DNA of 64,000 nucleotides from Alphaproteobacteria bacterium (GTDB lineage: Bacteria; Pseudomonadota; Alphaproteobacteria; SHVZ01). The translations under genes were made by a program, and so were the position numbers. The stretch spans positions 12,025-76,024 of the forward strand of contig SHVZ01000004.1 of assembly GCA_009694025.1 (NCBI GenBank), in the 5' to 3' direction. Below the pieces are notes generated by a model that ran no database searches, was not told the origin of the DNA, and worked only from the letters and a program-made list of their open reading frames with translations. Position 1 is the stretch's first letter, and each line of letters begins with the position of its first letter. Shown in pieces: positions 19,872-28,711 of the stretch.

Positions 19872-19976
19872 AGGTGGTCCTGCCTTGGATCGGAAAGTGG
19901 CGAACGATACGCGAAAGCCTTGCCGGCGGCGACCGGCTCTGAGACCCTGCCGCCCTGCTCAGGAGGAAGACAGCGC

Positions 19977-21014
19977 ATGGCACGATGGAAGCGTCGGCCG
20001 GAGGGATCGACCTGGGGCGATTTCGGCCCGGACGACCAGCTCGGCCGGCTCAACCTGATCACCCGCGAGAAGGTACTGGAGGGCGTCGCCGAGGTGAAGG
20101 AGGGCCGCACCTTCTGTCTCTCGCTGCCGCTTGAGCTGCCGGGCGGCAACGTGCTGAACCCGAGACGTCATCCGCCCAAGCGCTACGCCACCATCCGCGG
20201 CGGCCTCGCCAACTACAACTACCCCTTCCGCCGCGAGAACCCGGACTGGATCGACGCCGTCTCCGACGACGCGGTCCTGCTGCACACCCAGTACTCGACC
20301 CAGTGGGATTCCTTCGCCCATGTCGGCCAGGAGTTCGATGCCGACGGCGACGGCGTGGCGGAGATCGTCTACTACAACGGCTTCCGAGCCGGCACGCACG
20401 TCGTCGCCCCGCCGGCCAAGCCCGGCGGCGTCGCCTGGGACTCCTTCGAGGGCGCCGAGGCGCGTGCGCTCGGCATCCAGAACTTCGCCGTCCACGGCCT
20501 CCAGGGACGCGCGGTGATGATCGATCTCGAGAAGCATTTCGGCCGGGCGCGGAAGGGGGTCGGCTACGACGACCTCCGCCGCGTCCTCGATGCCGACAGG
20601 GTCGAGGTGACGAAAGGCGACATGGTCTGCTTCTACACGGGATTCGCCGACGTCATCATCGACCTCGGCGGCACGCCCGATGCGCGGACACTGGAAACCT
20701 CCTGCGCGACCCTCGATGGCCGCGACGACCGGCTGCTGCAGTGGATCACCGACTCCGGCGCCGCCGCAGTGATCGCCGACAACTACGCCGTCGAGTCGGT
20801 CCCCTCGCGTCCAGGCTCCGGCAGGCACGCGGCGATGCCGCTCCACGCCCATTGCCTGTTCAAGCTCGGCGTGCCGCTTGGCGAAATCTGGTTCCTCTCG
20901 GAGCTCGCCCTTTGGCTCCGCCGGGCCAAGCGCTCGCGCTTCCTCTTGACCGCGCCGCCGCTCCGGCTCACCGGCGCGGTCGGCTCGCCGGCCAGCCCGA
21001 TCGCGACCGTCTGA
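19977..21014 (+). CDS. Putative cyclase-family protein (kynurenine-formamidase-like fold)
   Basis: ATG at 19977 preceded by AGGAGG at 19961-19966. DQLGRLNLIT and HTQYSTQWDSFAH resemble the cyclase-family H-x-n-D-x-x-x-H metal motif. The upstream 425 codons of the track ORF are antisense shadow. Confidence 0.6.
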   Translation: MARWKRRPEGSTWGDFGPDDQLGRLNLITREKVLEGVAEVKEGRTFCLSLPLELPGGNVLNPRRHPPKRYATIRGGLANYNYPFRRENPDWIDAVSDDAVLLHTQYSTQWDSFAHVGQEFDADGDGVAEIVYYNGFRAGTHVVAPPAKPGGVAWDSFEGAEARALGIQNFAVHGLQGRAVMIDLEKHFGRARKGVGYDDLRRVLDADRVEVTKGDMVCFYTGFADVIIDLGGTPDARTLETSCATLDGRDDRLLQWITDSGAAAVIADNYAVESVPSRPGSGRHAAMPLHAHCLFKLGVPLGEIWFLSELALWLRRAKRSRFLLTAPPLRLTGAVGSPASPIATV

Positions 21015-23119
21015 TGGGACTCCGCCCCAGCCCGGAGTCGCTCCGGTCGCTGTTCTGGCCGAGATCGGTCGCCGTCCTCGGCGCCTCCAACGATCCGTCA
21101 CGGATCGGCGGGCGGCCGATCCGCTATCTCAAGGAAGGCGGCTTCCGCGGCCCAATCTGGCCGATCAACGTCAAGGGCGGCACCATCCAGGGCCTGCCGG
21201 CCTTCAAGACCATCGACGAGCTGCCGGAAGCGCCGGAATGCCTGATCGTCGCGGTGCCTGCGGCGGCCGTCTGCGACGCGGTCGAGGCCGCGGCCCGGCG
21301 GGGAACGCGGGCCGCCGTCATCTTCTCCGCCGGCTTCGCCGAGGCCGACGACCAGGGCAGGATCTGGCAAGACCGTCTGGTGGCGATCGCCGCCGAGACC
21401 GGCTGCCGCGTCGTCGGCCCTAACTGCCTCGGCCTGTTCAACTCGCGCCACGGCTATGCGCCGACCTTCACCGCGTCCCTCGACCACGGCTATCCGAAAG
21501 CAGGCGCGGTCGGCATGGTCAGCCAGTCCGGCGCCTATGGCAGCCATCTGTTCGTGCTGACCCGCGACCGCAACATCGGCATGAGCTGCTGGCTCACCAC
21601 CGGCAACGAGAGCGACGTCGACGTCGCCGACACCATCGCCTATTTCGCCGACGATCCCGATACCAAGGTGATCGCCGCCTATGTCGAAGGCATCAAGGAC
21701 CGCGACCGGTTCCTCGGCGCCCTCGAACGCGCCCGCGCCGCGAAGAAGCCGGTGGTGATGATGAAGGTCGGACGCTCGGCGGTCGGCGCCGCCGCCGCGG
21801 TTTCGCACACGGCCTCGCTCGCGGGATCCGACGTCGTCTACGACGCGGCCTTGAAGCAGCTCGGCGTCCATCGGGCGGAGACCACCGAAGAGATGCTGGA
21901 CGTGGTCTATGCCGCCACGCGCGGCATCTTCCCAGAGACCAATCGCCTGGGGATCGTCACCATCTCCGGCGGCGCCGGTGTGCTGATGGCGGATGCCGCC
22001 GAGCGCCACGGCCTGGACGTGGCGCCGATGCCCGACGCCGCCCAGGCGCGCCTCAAGGCGATCCTGCCCTTCGCCGCCGTCCGGAACCCGGTCGACACCA
22101 CCGCCCAGTTCTTCAACGACATGAGCCTGGTGACGGAGTTCACCCGGACCCTGCTGGGCGACGGCGGCTACGGCGCCATCGCCGCGTTCGTCACCGCGAT
22201 CCCCAGGAACCGTGAGACCGGCGGGCGGCTCAAGGACGCGCTCGCCAAGGCGACGGCCGATTTCCCCGGACGGCTCCTCGTGCTCTGCATGCTGGCGACG
22301 TCGGAGATGACGCGCGAGTACGAGGCCGCCGGCTATCTCTGCTTCGAGGACCCGAGTCGGGCGGTGATGGCGATCGCAGCGCTCAGCCGCTTCGGCCGGA
22401 GCTTTGCGCGCGGCGCCGGATCGCCGCCGCCCGCACTCCCGGCCGGGGCCAAACCGATTCCGGCGGGCGCCGCCCTCGGCGAGGCTGAGGCGAAGGCGCT
22501 GCTGGCCACCGCCGGCGTTCCCGTCGCCGCCGAGAAGCTGGCGCGCACATCCGACGAGGCCGCCACTGCCGCCGCGAGCCTTGGCTACCCGGTCGTGCTC
22601 AAGGTCGCTTCACCGGACATCCTGCACAAAACCGAGATCGGCGGCGTCCGCCTCGACCTGGCCGACGCCGCGGCGGTGCGCACGGCCTTCGCCGAGATCG
22701 TGGCGCAGGCGCGGAAGGAGAGGCCGACGGCCCGGCTCGACGGCTGCCTGGTCGCGCCCATGATCAAAGGCGGCGCTGAGACCATCCTCGGCGTCATCCA
22801 CGACGCCGCCTTCGGGCCGGTGGTGATGTTCGGGCTCGGCGGCATCTTCGCCGAGGTGCTGAAGGACGTGACATTCCGCATCGCCCCCTTCGGCCTCGAC
22901 GAGGCGCGGGCGATGATCCGCGAGGTCAAGGGCTTCCCCCTCCTCGACGGCGCTCGCAGCCGCCCGAAGCTCGACCAGGAGGCGCTGGCGACGGCGCTCG
23001 CCGCGCTTTCGGTCTACGCCGCCGCCAATGCCGGCCGCTTCCGCTCGATCGACGTCAATCCGTTCATCGTGCTCGAACGTGGGGCCGTCGCCGTCGACGC
23101 CCTGATCGAGACGACGTAG
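21014..23119 (+). CDS. ADP-forming acyl-CoA synthetase (CoA-binding, succinyl-CoA-synthetase-like flavodoxin and ATP-grasp domains)
   Basis: ATG at 21014 sharing one base with the cyclase stop. SVAVLGAS...IGG CoA-binding start, VSQSGA and HTASLAGS motifs, and a C-terminal ATP-grasp (YPVVLKV...HKTEIGGV). Confidence 0.8.
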   Translation: MGLRPSPESLRSLFWPRSVAVLGASNDPSRIGGRPIRYLKEGGFRGPIWPINVKGGTIQGLPAFKTIDELPEAPECLIVAVPAAAVCDAVEAAARRGTRAAVIFSAGFAEADDQGRIWQDRLVAIAAETGCRVVGPNCLGLFNSRHGYAPTFTASLDHGYPKAGAVGMVSQSGAYGSHLFVLTRDRNIGMSCWLTTGNESDVDVADTIAYFADDPDTKVIAAYVEGIKDRDRFLGALERARAAKKPVVMMKVGRSAVGAAAAVSHTASLAGSDVVYDAALKQLGVHRAETTEEMLDVVYAATRGIFPETNRLGIVTISGGAGVLMADAAERHGLDVAPMPDAAQARLKAILPFAAVRNPVDTTAQFFNDMSLVTEFTRTLLGDGGYGAIAAFVTAIPRNRETGGRLKDALAKATADFPGRLLVLCMLATSEMTREYEAAGYLCFEDPSRAVMAIAALSRFGRSFARGAGSPPPALPAGAKPIPAGAALGEAEAKALLATAGVPVAAEKLARTSDEAATAAASLGYPVVLKVASPDILHKTEIGGVRLDLADAAAVRTAFAEIVAQARKERPTARLDGCLVAPMIKGGAETILGVIHDAAFGPVVMFGLGGIFAEVLKDVTFRIAPFGLDEARAMIREVKGFPLLDGARSRPKLDQEALATALAALSVYAAANAGRFRSIDVNPFIVLERGAVAVDALIETT

Positions 23120-23131
23120 CGGCGCTCTGCC

Positions 23132-23911
23132 TCAGCCGAACAGGCGATAGAGTGCTGGATCGGCCAGGATCGGGGCCAGCGCATCTCCGAAGATGTCGGC
23201 CCAGCGCTCGACCTCGGCCTTGGTGCCGACCAGGTCCTGGCGGATCTCGACCATGACATGGGGCAGCCGGTTGCGCTCGGCGTGGAAGGGGATCGAATAG
23301 CCGCTCTGGGTCTTGCCGGTGTAAGGCTGGTTGTCGCCGACACGGATCGCGGCATCGGCGGAGAGGCGCTGGATCAGCGGCCGGGCGATGCGGTCATCCT
23401 CGTTCCAGAGGATGCCGAGATGCCAGGGCCGCTGGAAGCCAGCCATCACCGGGGTGCAGCTATGAACGGAGACGATCGCCGGCACGTGACCGGCCGTGCG
23501 GCGGCGGGCGATCCACGCCTCGACCGCGTCGTGATAGGGACGATGGAGCAGGTCGAGCCGGCGCTGCCGTTCGGTGTCAGGCAAGTCCCGGTTCCCCGGC
23601 ACCTCGACCCCGTCGCTGACCGGCGGACAGAGGTTGTGGGACTCAGGCCGGCGGTTGCAATCGATCACCAGCCGCGAATAGCTGGTGTGGATCAAGGTGG
23701 CGTCGAAGCGGCGTGACAGATGCCGGGCGGCATCGGCGGCGCCGATGTCCCAGGCGACATGCAGGTCGAAAGCCTCCCTGGGCACGCCGAGATCGCCGAT
23801 CGCAGCCGGAACCCGGCGGCTGGCGTGATCGCAGAGGAGGAGGAACGGCGCCGGCGCGTCGGGAGAGATGATCTCGAAGGCAGGCGGCTCGCCCGGACCG
23901 ATCAGGCTCAT
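23132..23911 (-). CDS. N-formylglutamate amidohydrolase (FGase) family protein
   Basis: 259 aa. LLCDHAS, LVIDCNR and VSVHS segments are typical of the FGase family. The start shares one base with the upstream stop (TGATG). Confidence 0.7.
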   Translation of the reverse strand: MSLIGPGEPPAFEIISPDAPAPFLLLCDHASRRVPAAIGDLGVPREAFDLHVAWDIGAADAARHLSRRFDATLIHTSYSRLVIDCNRRPESHNLCPPVSDGVEVPGNRDLPDTERQRRLDLLHRPYHDAVEAWIARRRTAGHVPAIVSVHSCTPVMAGFQRPWHLGILWNEDDRIARPLIQRLSADAAIRVGDNQPYTGKTQSGYSIPFHAERNRLPHVMVEIRQDLVGTKAEVERWADIFGDALAPILADPALYRLFG

Positions 23912-25149
23912 CAGAAGCGGTCGATCCGGTAGGGCGTCATGTCGATGCCGGGTGTGCGCCCGGAGACGAGATCGGCGATCAACGCGCCGGTGGTCGCACC
24001 TTCGGTCAGGCCAAGGTGGGAGGCGCCGAAGGCGAAGAAGACGTTCTTGTGGTGCGGGCTTCCGGAAATCACCGGGAGCGAGTCCGGCAGGGAGGGTCGG
24101 TGGCCCATCCAGGGTGTCGCGTCCGTCGCATCGAGCCCCGGCAGGATGCGCTTCGCCCGCTCGACCAGGATCTCAGCCCGGCGCCAGTTCGGTGGCGCAT
24201 GGAGCCCGGCGAGCTCGACTGTGCCGGCGAGCCGAAGCCCCATCTGCATCGGCGTCATCACCCAGCCGCCGAGATTGAGCGTGTGGCGGACCTCGATACC
24301 CGCCTTCGGCAAGGTCATGTGGTAGCCGCGCTCGGTCTCCAACGGCACCTTGGAGCCGAACCAATGGGCGGCGTCGTGGCTCCAGGCGCCGGCGGCGACG
24401 ACGACGGCGTCGCAGGGAACGACGCCGGTATCGGTAATGATCGCCTCAACGCCATTCGCCCCGAAGCGCGCGGCCACCGCCTTGCCGCGCCAGCTCCTGA
24501 GCCCGCGGCCGCCGGCGTAGTCGGCGACGCCGGTGACGATCCGATGCGGGTCGAGCACCCAGCTCCACTCCGGCAGGTTGACCGCCATCTCGAAAAGCGG
24601 CGCGACATTGGGCTCGAGCTGGCGGATCTCGTGGCGGTCGATGACCTCGCAGCGAATGCCGCGGTCGCGGCGAAGCCGCCAGCCCTCGGCATCGGCCTCG
24701 TAATCCGCCTTCGTCTCGTAGAGGCTGAGGCAGCCGTCGCGCCTCACCAGGCCGTCGAGGCCGGCCGCCTTCCACAACGGGTCCCAGTCGAGGTAGGTGC
24801 GCTTCAGAAGCGCGGCCAATGCGTCGGCCTGGGCCTCGACCTTTTCAGGCGTTCCCGCGCGCCAGAAACGCCAGAGCCAGGGGGCGAGCTTCGGCAGGTA
24901 GGACCAGCGGATGGTGAGCGGCCCCAGCGGATCGGCGAGCCAGCCCGGCACCTTCCGGATCGTGCCCGGCATGGACAGCGGCACCACCCCGGTCGCGGCG
25001 ATGCCACCGGCGTTGCCGTAGGAGGTGGCACGGCCGGGCTCCAGCGGGTCGATCAGGGTGACGCCGTGGCCGTCGTCGATGAGCTTTGCCGCGATGCAGG
25101 TGCCGATGACGCCGGCGCCGATGACCGCGACGTTCTGGTGCGGGGGCAT
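23911..25149 (-). CDS. FAD-dependent D-amino-acid / D-hydroxyproline dehydrogenase-like oxidoreductase (DAO family)
   Basis: ATG at 25149. NVAVIGAGVIGTCIA dinucleotide fold, 412 aa. The remaining 335 upstream codons of the track ORF are shadow of the epimerase gene. Confidence 0.8.
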   Translation of the reverse strand: MPPHQNVAVIGAGVIGTCIAAKLIDDGHGVTLIDPLEPGRATSYGNAGGIAATGVVPLSMPGTIRKVPGWLADPLGPLTIRWSYLPKLAPWLWRFWRAGTPEKVEAQADALAALLKRTYLDWDPLWKAAGLDGLVRRDGCLSLYETKADYEADAEGWRLRRDRGIRCEVIDRHEIRQLEPNVAPLFEMAVNLPEWSWVLDPHRIVTGVADYAGGRGLRSWRGKAVAARFGANGVEAIITDTGVVPCDAVVVAAGAWSHDAAHWFGSKVPLETERGYHMTLPKAGIEVRHTLNLGGWVMTPMQMGLRLAGTVELAGLHAPPNWRRAEILVERAKRILPGLDATDATPWMGHRPSLPDSLPVISGSPHHKNVFFAFGASHLGLTEGATTGALIADLVSGRTPGIDMTPYRIDRF

Positions 25150-25227
25150 GGGCGCGGAGGATTGCAGCCCCGGGCATCGGTTGCAAGGCTGCGCCCCCCG
25201 TGGCACCAAGTCGCGGTCCCGCCCGCC

Positions 25228-25284
25228 CTCATGGTTCGACAGGCTCACCATGAGGACCTTATCCTGAGCCTGTCGAAGGATGAG
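25228..25284. repeat. REP/MITE-like palindromic element (two tandem hairpins with mutually complementary loops)
   Basis: CTCATGGT-TCGACAGGCTC-ACCATGAG then CTTATCCT-GAGCCTGTCGA-AGGATGAG. Alternative 13-bp perfect stem TTCGACAGGCTCA/TGAGCCTGTCGAA. Translates to the LILSLSKDE / MVSLSNHE pseudo-peptides that I recall as typical of proteobacterial intergenic repeats. Confidence 0.6.
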
Positions 25285-25302
25285 GCCGACCGGCCGCCAC
25301 CC

Positions 25303-26301
25303 ATGCAGCACACCTTCTTCTGCGTCGACGCCCACACCTGCGGCAATCCGGTCCGGGTGGTTGCCGGCGGCCAGCCCCCGCTCAAGGCCGGGAGCGCCAG
25401 CGGGCGCCGGCTCGAGTTCATGGCCGAGTGGGACTGGATCCGGACCGCGCTGATGTTCGAGCCGCGCGGCCACGACGTCATGTCCGGGAGCCTGCTCTAT
25501 CCGCCGACGCGCGAAGACTGCGACCTCGGCATCGTCTTCATCGAGGTCTCGGGCTGCCTTCCCATGTGCGGCCACGGCACCATCGGCACGGTGACCGTCG
25601 CGGTCGAGCGCGGCCTGGTGCACCCGAAGACGCCGGGGACCCTCCGCCTGGACACGCCGGCCGGCCTGGTGATCGCCGAGTACGGGCAGAGCGGACCAAA
25701 CGTCGACTGGGTCAAGCTGACCAACGTCCCGTCCTTCCTCTATGCCGAGGACGTGGCCGTCGACTCCGACGAGCTCGGTCCGCTCAAGGTCGACATCGCC
25801 TATGGCGGCAACTTCTACGCCATCGTCGAGCCCCAGGAGAACTTCCGGGACATGGCGGACTTCACCGCCGCCGATCTCGTGCGCATGAGCCCGAAGCTTC
25901 GGAAGCGCCTGAACGAAACCGGCGCTTACATCCATCCGGAGAATCCGGCGATCAAGGGCCTCTCCCACATCCAGTGGACGGGGAAACCGACACGGAAGGA
26001 CTCCCATGGGCGGAATGCAGTCTTCTACGGCGACAAGGCGATCGACCGCTCGCCCTGCGGCACCGGCACCTCGGCCAGGATCGCCCAGCTCGCCGCCAAG
26101 GGCAGGCTCAAGGTCGGCGAGACCTTCATGCACGAGAGCATCATCGGCAGCCAATTCGAAGGCCGCGTCGAGGCGGAGACCAAGGTCGGCAACTACAAGG
26201 CCATCGTTCCCTCGGTCAAGGGGTGGGCGCGCGTGACCGGCCTCAACACCATCTTCGTCGACGACCGCGATCCCTTCGCCCGCGGCTTCCAGGTGATCTA
26301 G
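25303..26301 (+). CDS. Proline racemase family protein, Cys/Cys type (4-hydroxyproline 2-epimerase or proline racemase)
   Basis: ATG at 25303. CVDAHTCGNP start, first catalytic Cys in LPMCGHGTIG and second in DRSPCGTGTSA. Confidence 0.8.
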   Translation: MQHTFFCVDAHTCGNPVRVVAGGQPPLKAGSASGRRLEFMAEWDWIRTALMFEPRGHDVMSGSLLYPPTREDCDLGIVFIEVSGCLPMCGHGTIGTVTVAVERGLVHPKTPGTLRLDTPAGLVIAEYGQSGPNVDWVKLTNVPSFLYAEDVAVDSDELGPLKVDIAYGGNFYAIVEPQENFRDMADFTAADLVRMSPKLRKRLNETGAYIHPENPAIKGLSHIQWTGKPTRKDSHGRNAVFYGDKAIDRSPCGTGTSARIAQLAAKGRLKVGETFMHESIIGSQFEGRVEAETKVGNYKAIVPSVKGWARVTGLNTIFVDDRDPFARGFQVI

Positions 26302-26303
26302 GA

Positions 26304-27992
26304 ATGACGACCAACCAGCTCTCCGGCGCCGAAGCGATGGTGCGCCTGCTCGAGGCCCACGGCGTGCGTCACGTCTTCGGCCTCTGCGGCGACACCAGCC
26401 TGCCGTTCTACGACGCCTTCCAGCGGATCGGCGGCCGCATGCGCCACATCCTCTCCCGCGACGAGCGCTCGGCCGCCTACATGGCCGACGCCTATGCGCG
26501 CGTCACCGGAAAGGTCGGCGTCTGCGAGGGGCCGAGCGGCGGTGGCGCCACCTACATCCTGCCGGGCGTGGTCGAGGCGAACGAGTCCTCCATCCCCGTC
26601 CTCGCCATCACCACCGACGTGGCGACGAGCTCGCGCGGCCGCTTCGCCTTGACCGAGCTCGACCAGGAAGCGCTGTTCCGCCCGCTCGCCAAATGGACGC
26701 GGGTGATCGACCGTGCGGCCAAGCTGCCGCGCTACGTCCGTGCCGCCTTCACCCAGATGACCACCGGACGGCCGGGGGCGGCGCATCTGAGCTTCCCCTT
26801 CGACGTGCAGAAGGAGCCGGTCGACGAGGCCGAGATCTGGGCGGACGCCGTCCTCGGCACCTACCCGGCGCGGCGGCTCGGCCCGGACCCGGCGGCGGTC
26901 GCGGAAGCCGCCGCCTTGCTCAAGCGCGCCCGGCGCCCGGTCTTCATCTGCGGCGGCGGCGTGGTCATCGCCGGCGCCGAGGCCGAGCTGCAGGCGCTGG
27001 CGGAGGCGCTCGGCGCCGTCGTCGCCACCACCGTCTCGGGCCAGGGGGCGATCGCCGAGACGCATCCGCTCGCCATCGGCGTCGTCGGCTCCAATGGCGG
27101 CACGGTCGAGACGCGGGAGGCGGTCGAGGCGGCCGACCTCGTGATGTTCGTCGGCTGCCGCGCCGGCTCGGTCACCACCGAGCGCTGGCGCCATCCGGCA
27201 CCAGGTCGATCCAAGATCGTCCATGTCGACGTCGATCCTGCGACCATCGGCGTCAACTATCGGACCGACGCGGCGGTCGCCGGAGATGCCAAGCTGGCGC
27301 TGGCCGCGCTCGTCGAGACGGTTGCCGGGCACAAGACCGGGAACGATCCCCGCGCCAAGCTCGCCGACCTGAAAGCGCGGAAGCGCGCTCGATTCGAGGA
27401 ACTCGCGCGCTCGACCGAGGCACCGATCCGCCCCGAGCGGCTGATCGCGACACTGCAATCGGTCCTGCCGGAGGATGCCGTAGTCGTCGCCGATCCCGGC
27501 ACCCCCTGCCCCTACTTCTCCGCCTACTACGAGACGCGACGGACCGGCCGGCACTTCATCACCAACCGCGCCCACGGTGCCCTGGGATACGCGATGTCGG
27601 CGGCGGTCGGGGCCCAGGTCGGGCGGCCCGGCGCCAAGGTCGTCGCGGTGATGGGCGACGGTAGCTTCGGCTTCACCTGCGGCGAGATGGAGACCGTGGT
27701 CAGGCTCAAGCTGCCGATCACCTTCGTCGTCGTCTCCAACGCCGCCTTCGGCTGGATCAAGGCCGGGCAGAAATACGGCTTCGGCGAGCGCTACTTCTCG
27801 GTCGACTTCGACCGCACCGACCACGCCCGCGTCGCCGAGGCCTTCGGCCTCAAGGCGTGGAAGGTCGAGGACCCGAACGCGCTCGAAAGCGTGCTGAGAC
27901 GTGCGGTCGGAACCGACGGGCCGACCCTGATCGACGTGATCTCACAGCCGTTGCACGAGGCCCGCGCGCCCGTCTCCGAGTGGATAGCATGA
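26304..27992 (+). CDS. Thiamine-diphosphate-dependent enzyme (acetolactate-synthase-large-subunit-like)
   Basis: ATG at 26304. GAEAMVRLLEAHGVRHVFGLCGD and GPSGGGATY (Pyr domain); MGDGSFGF...SNAAFG (PP domain). 562 aa. Confidence 0.8.
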   Translation: MTTNQLSGAEAMVRLLEAHGVRHVFGLCGDTSLPFYDAFQRIGGRMRHILSRDERSAAYMADAYARVTGKVGVCEGPSGGGATYILPGVVEANESSIPVLAITTDVATSSRGRFALTELDQEALFRPLAKWTRVIDRAAKLPRYVRAAFTQMTTGRPGAAHLSFPFDVQKEPVDEAEIWADAVLGTYPARRLGPDPAAVAEAAALLKRARRPVFICGGGVVIAGAEAELQALAEALGAVVATTVSGQGAIAETHPLAIGVVGSNGGTVETREAVEAADLVMFVGCRAGSVTTERWRHPAPGRSKIVHVDVDPATIGVNYRTDAAVAGDAKLALAALVETVAGHKTGNDPRAKLADLKARKRARFEELARSTEAPIRPERLIATLQSVLPEDAVVVADPGTPCPYFSAYYETRRTGRHFITNRAHGALGYAMSAAVGAQVGRPGAKVVAVMGDGSFGFTCGEMETVVRLKLPITFVVVSNAAFGWIKAGQKYGFGERYFSVDFDRTDHARVAEAFGLKAWKVEDPNALESVLRRAVGTDGPTLIDVISQPLHEARAPVSEWIA

Positions 27993-28711
27993 CCGTCGCA
28001 ACCGGCGGCAAGGCGATCTATGGCGTATGCCTCGGCATCCTCATGCTGGAGGCGCGGTTCCCGCGCATCCCCGGCGACATGGGCAACGCCCGGACCTGGC
28101 CTTTCCCCGTGCTCTACAAGGTGGTGCGTGATGCATCGCCCGAGCGCGTGGTGCGCGGTCGCGCCGAGGGTCTGCTGCCGGCCTTCCTCGATGCAGCGGA
28201 GGAGCTGGTCCGCCTCGGCGCCGACGGCATCACCACCAATTGCGGCTTCCTCTCGCTGTTCCAGGCGGAGATCTCGGCGCGGGTGAAGGTGCCCGTCGCC
28301 ACCTCCAGCCTCATGCAGATCCCGATGGTGCAGGCGACGCTGCCGCCGGGAAAGCGCGTCGGCGTTCTGACGGTCGATGCCCGGTCGCTGAGCCCGGACC
28401 ACCTGATCGCCGCCGGTGTGCCGGCGGACACGCCGATCATGGGCACGGAGGGCGGCCGCGAGTTCACGCGCGTGCTCATCGGCAACGAGGAGAGGCTCGA
28501 CGTGGCGGCGGCCGAGCAGGATCTGCTGACGGCCGGACGCGCCCTTGTCGCGAAGCACAACGACATTGGCGCCCTGGTGCTGGAGTGCACGAACATGGCT
28601 CCCTATTCGGCGGCGCTCCGGCGCGCACTCGGGATTCCGGTCCACGACGTCGTCGGCTTCATCACCTGGTTTCACGCCGGACTGGAGCCGCGGCGCTTCC
28701 CGGCGAGCTGA
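27989..28711 (+). CDS. Asp/Glu/hydantoin racemase-family protein
   Basis: ATG at 27989 (ATGA overlap). 240 aa with TNCGFLS and ECTNMAPY, placing two Cys in the positions used by this fold. Confidence 0.55.
   Translation: MTVATGGKAIYGVCLGILMLEARFPRIPGDMGNARTWPFPVLYKVVRDASPERVVRGRAEGLLPAFLDAAEELVRLGADGITTNCGFLSLFQAEISARVKVPVATSSLMQIPMVQATLPPGKRVGVLTVDARSLSPDHLIAAGVPADTPIMGTEGGREFTRVLIGNEERLDVAAAEQDLLTAGRALVAKHNDIGALVLECTNMAPYSAALRRALGIPVHDVVGFITWFHAGLEPRRFPAS

Noticed and set aside
24016-26154. Very long versions of the DAO (747 aa, 23911..26154) and epimerase (761 aa, 24016..26301) ORFs that overlap each other on opposite strands.
   Set aside because: Each is a real gene fused to the antisense shadow of the other. 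The FAD fold starts at the ATG at 25149 and the proline-racemase homology at the ATG at 25303. The fusion segments pass through the REP-like element.
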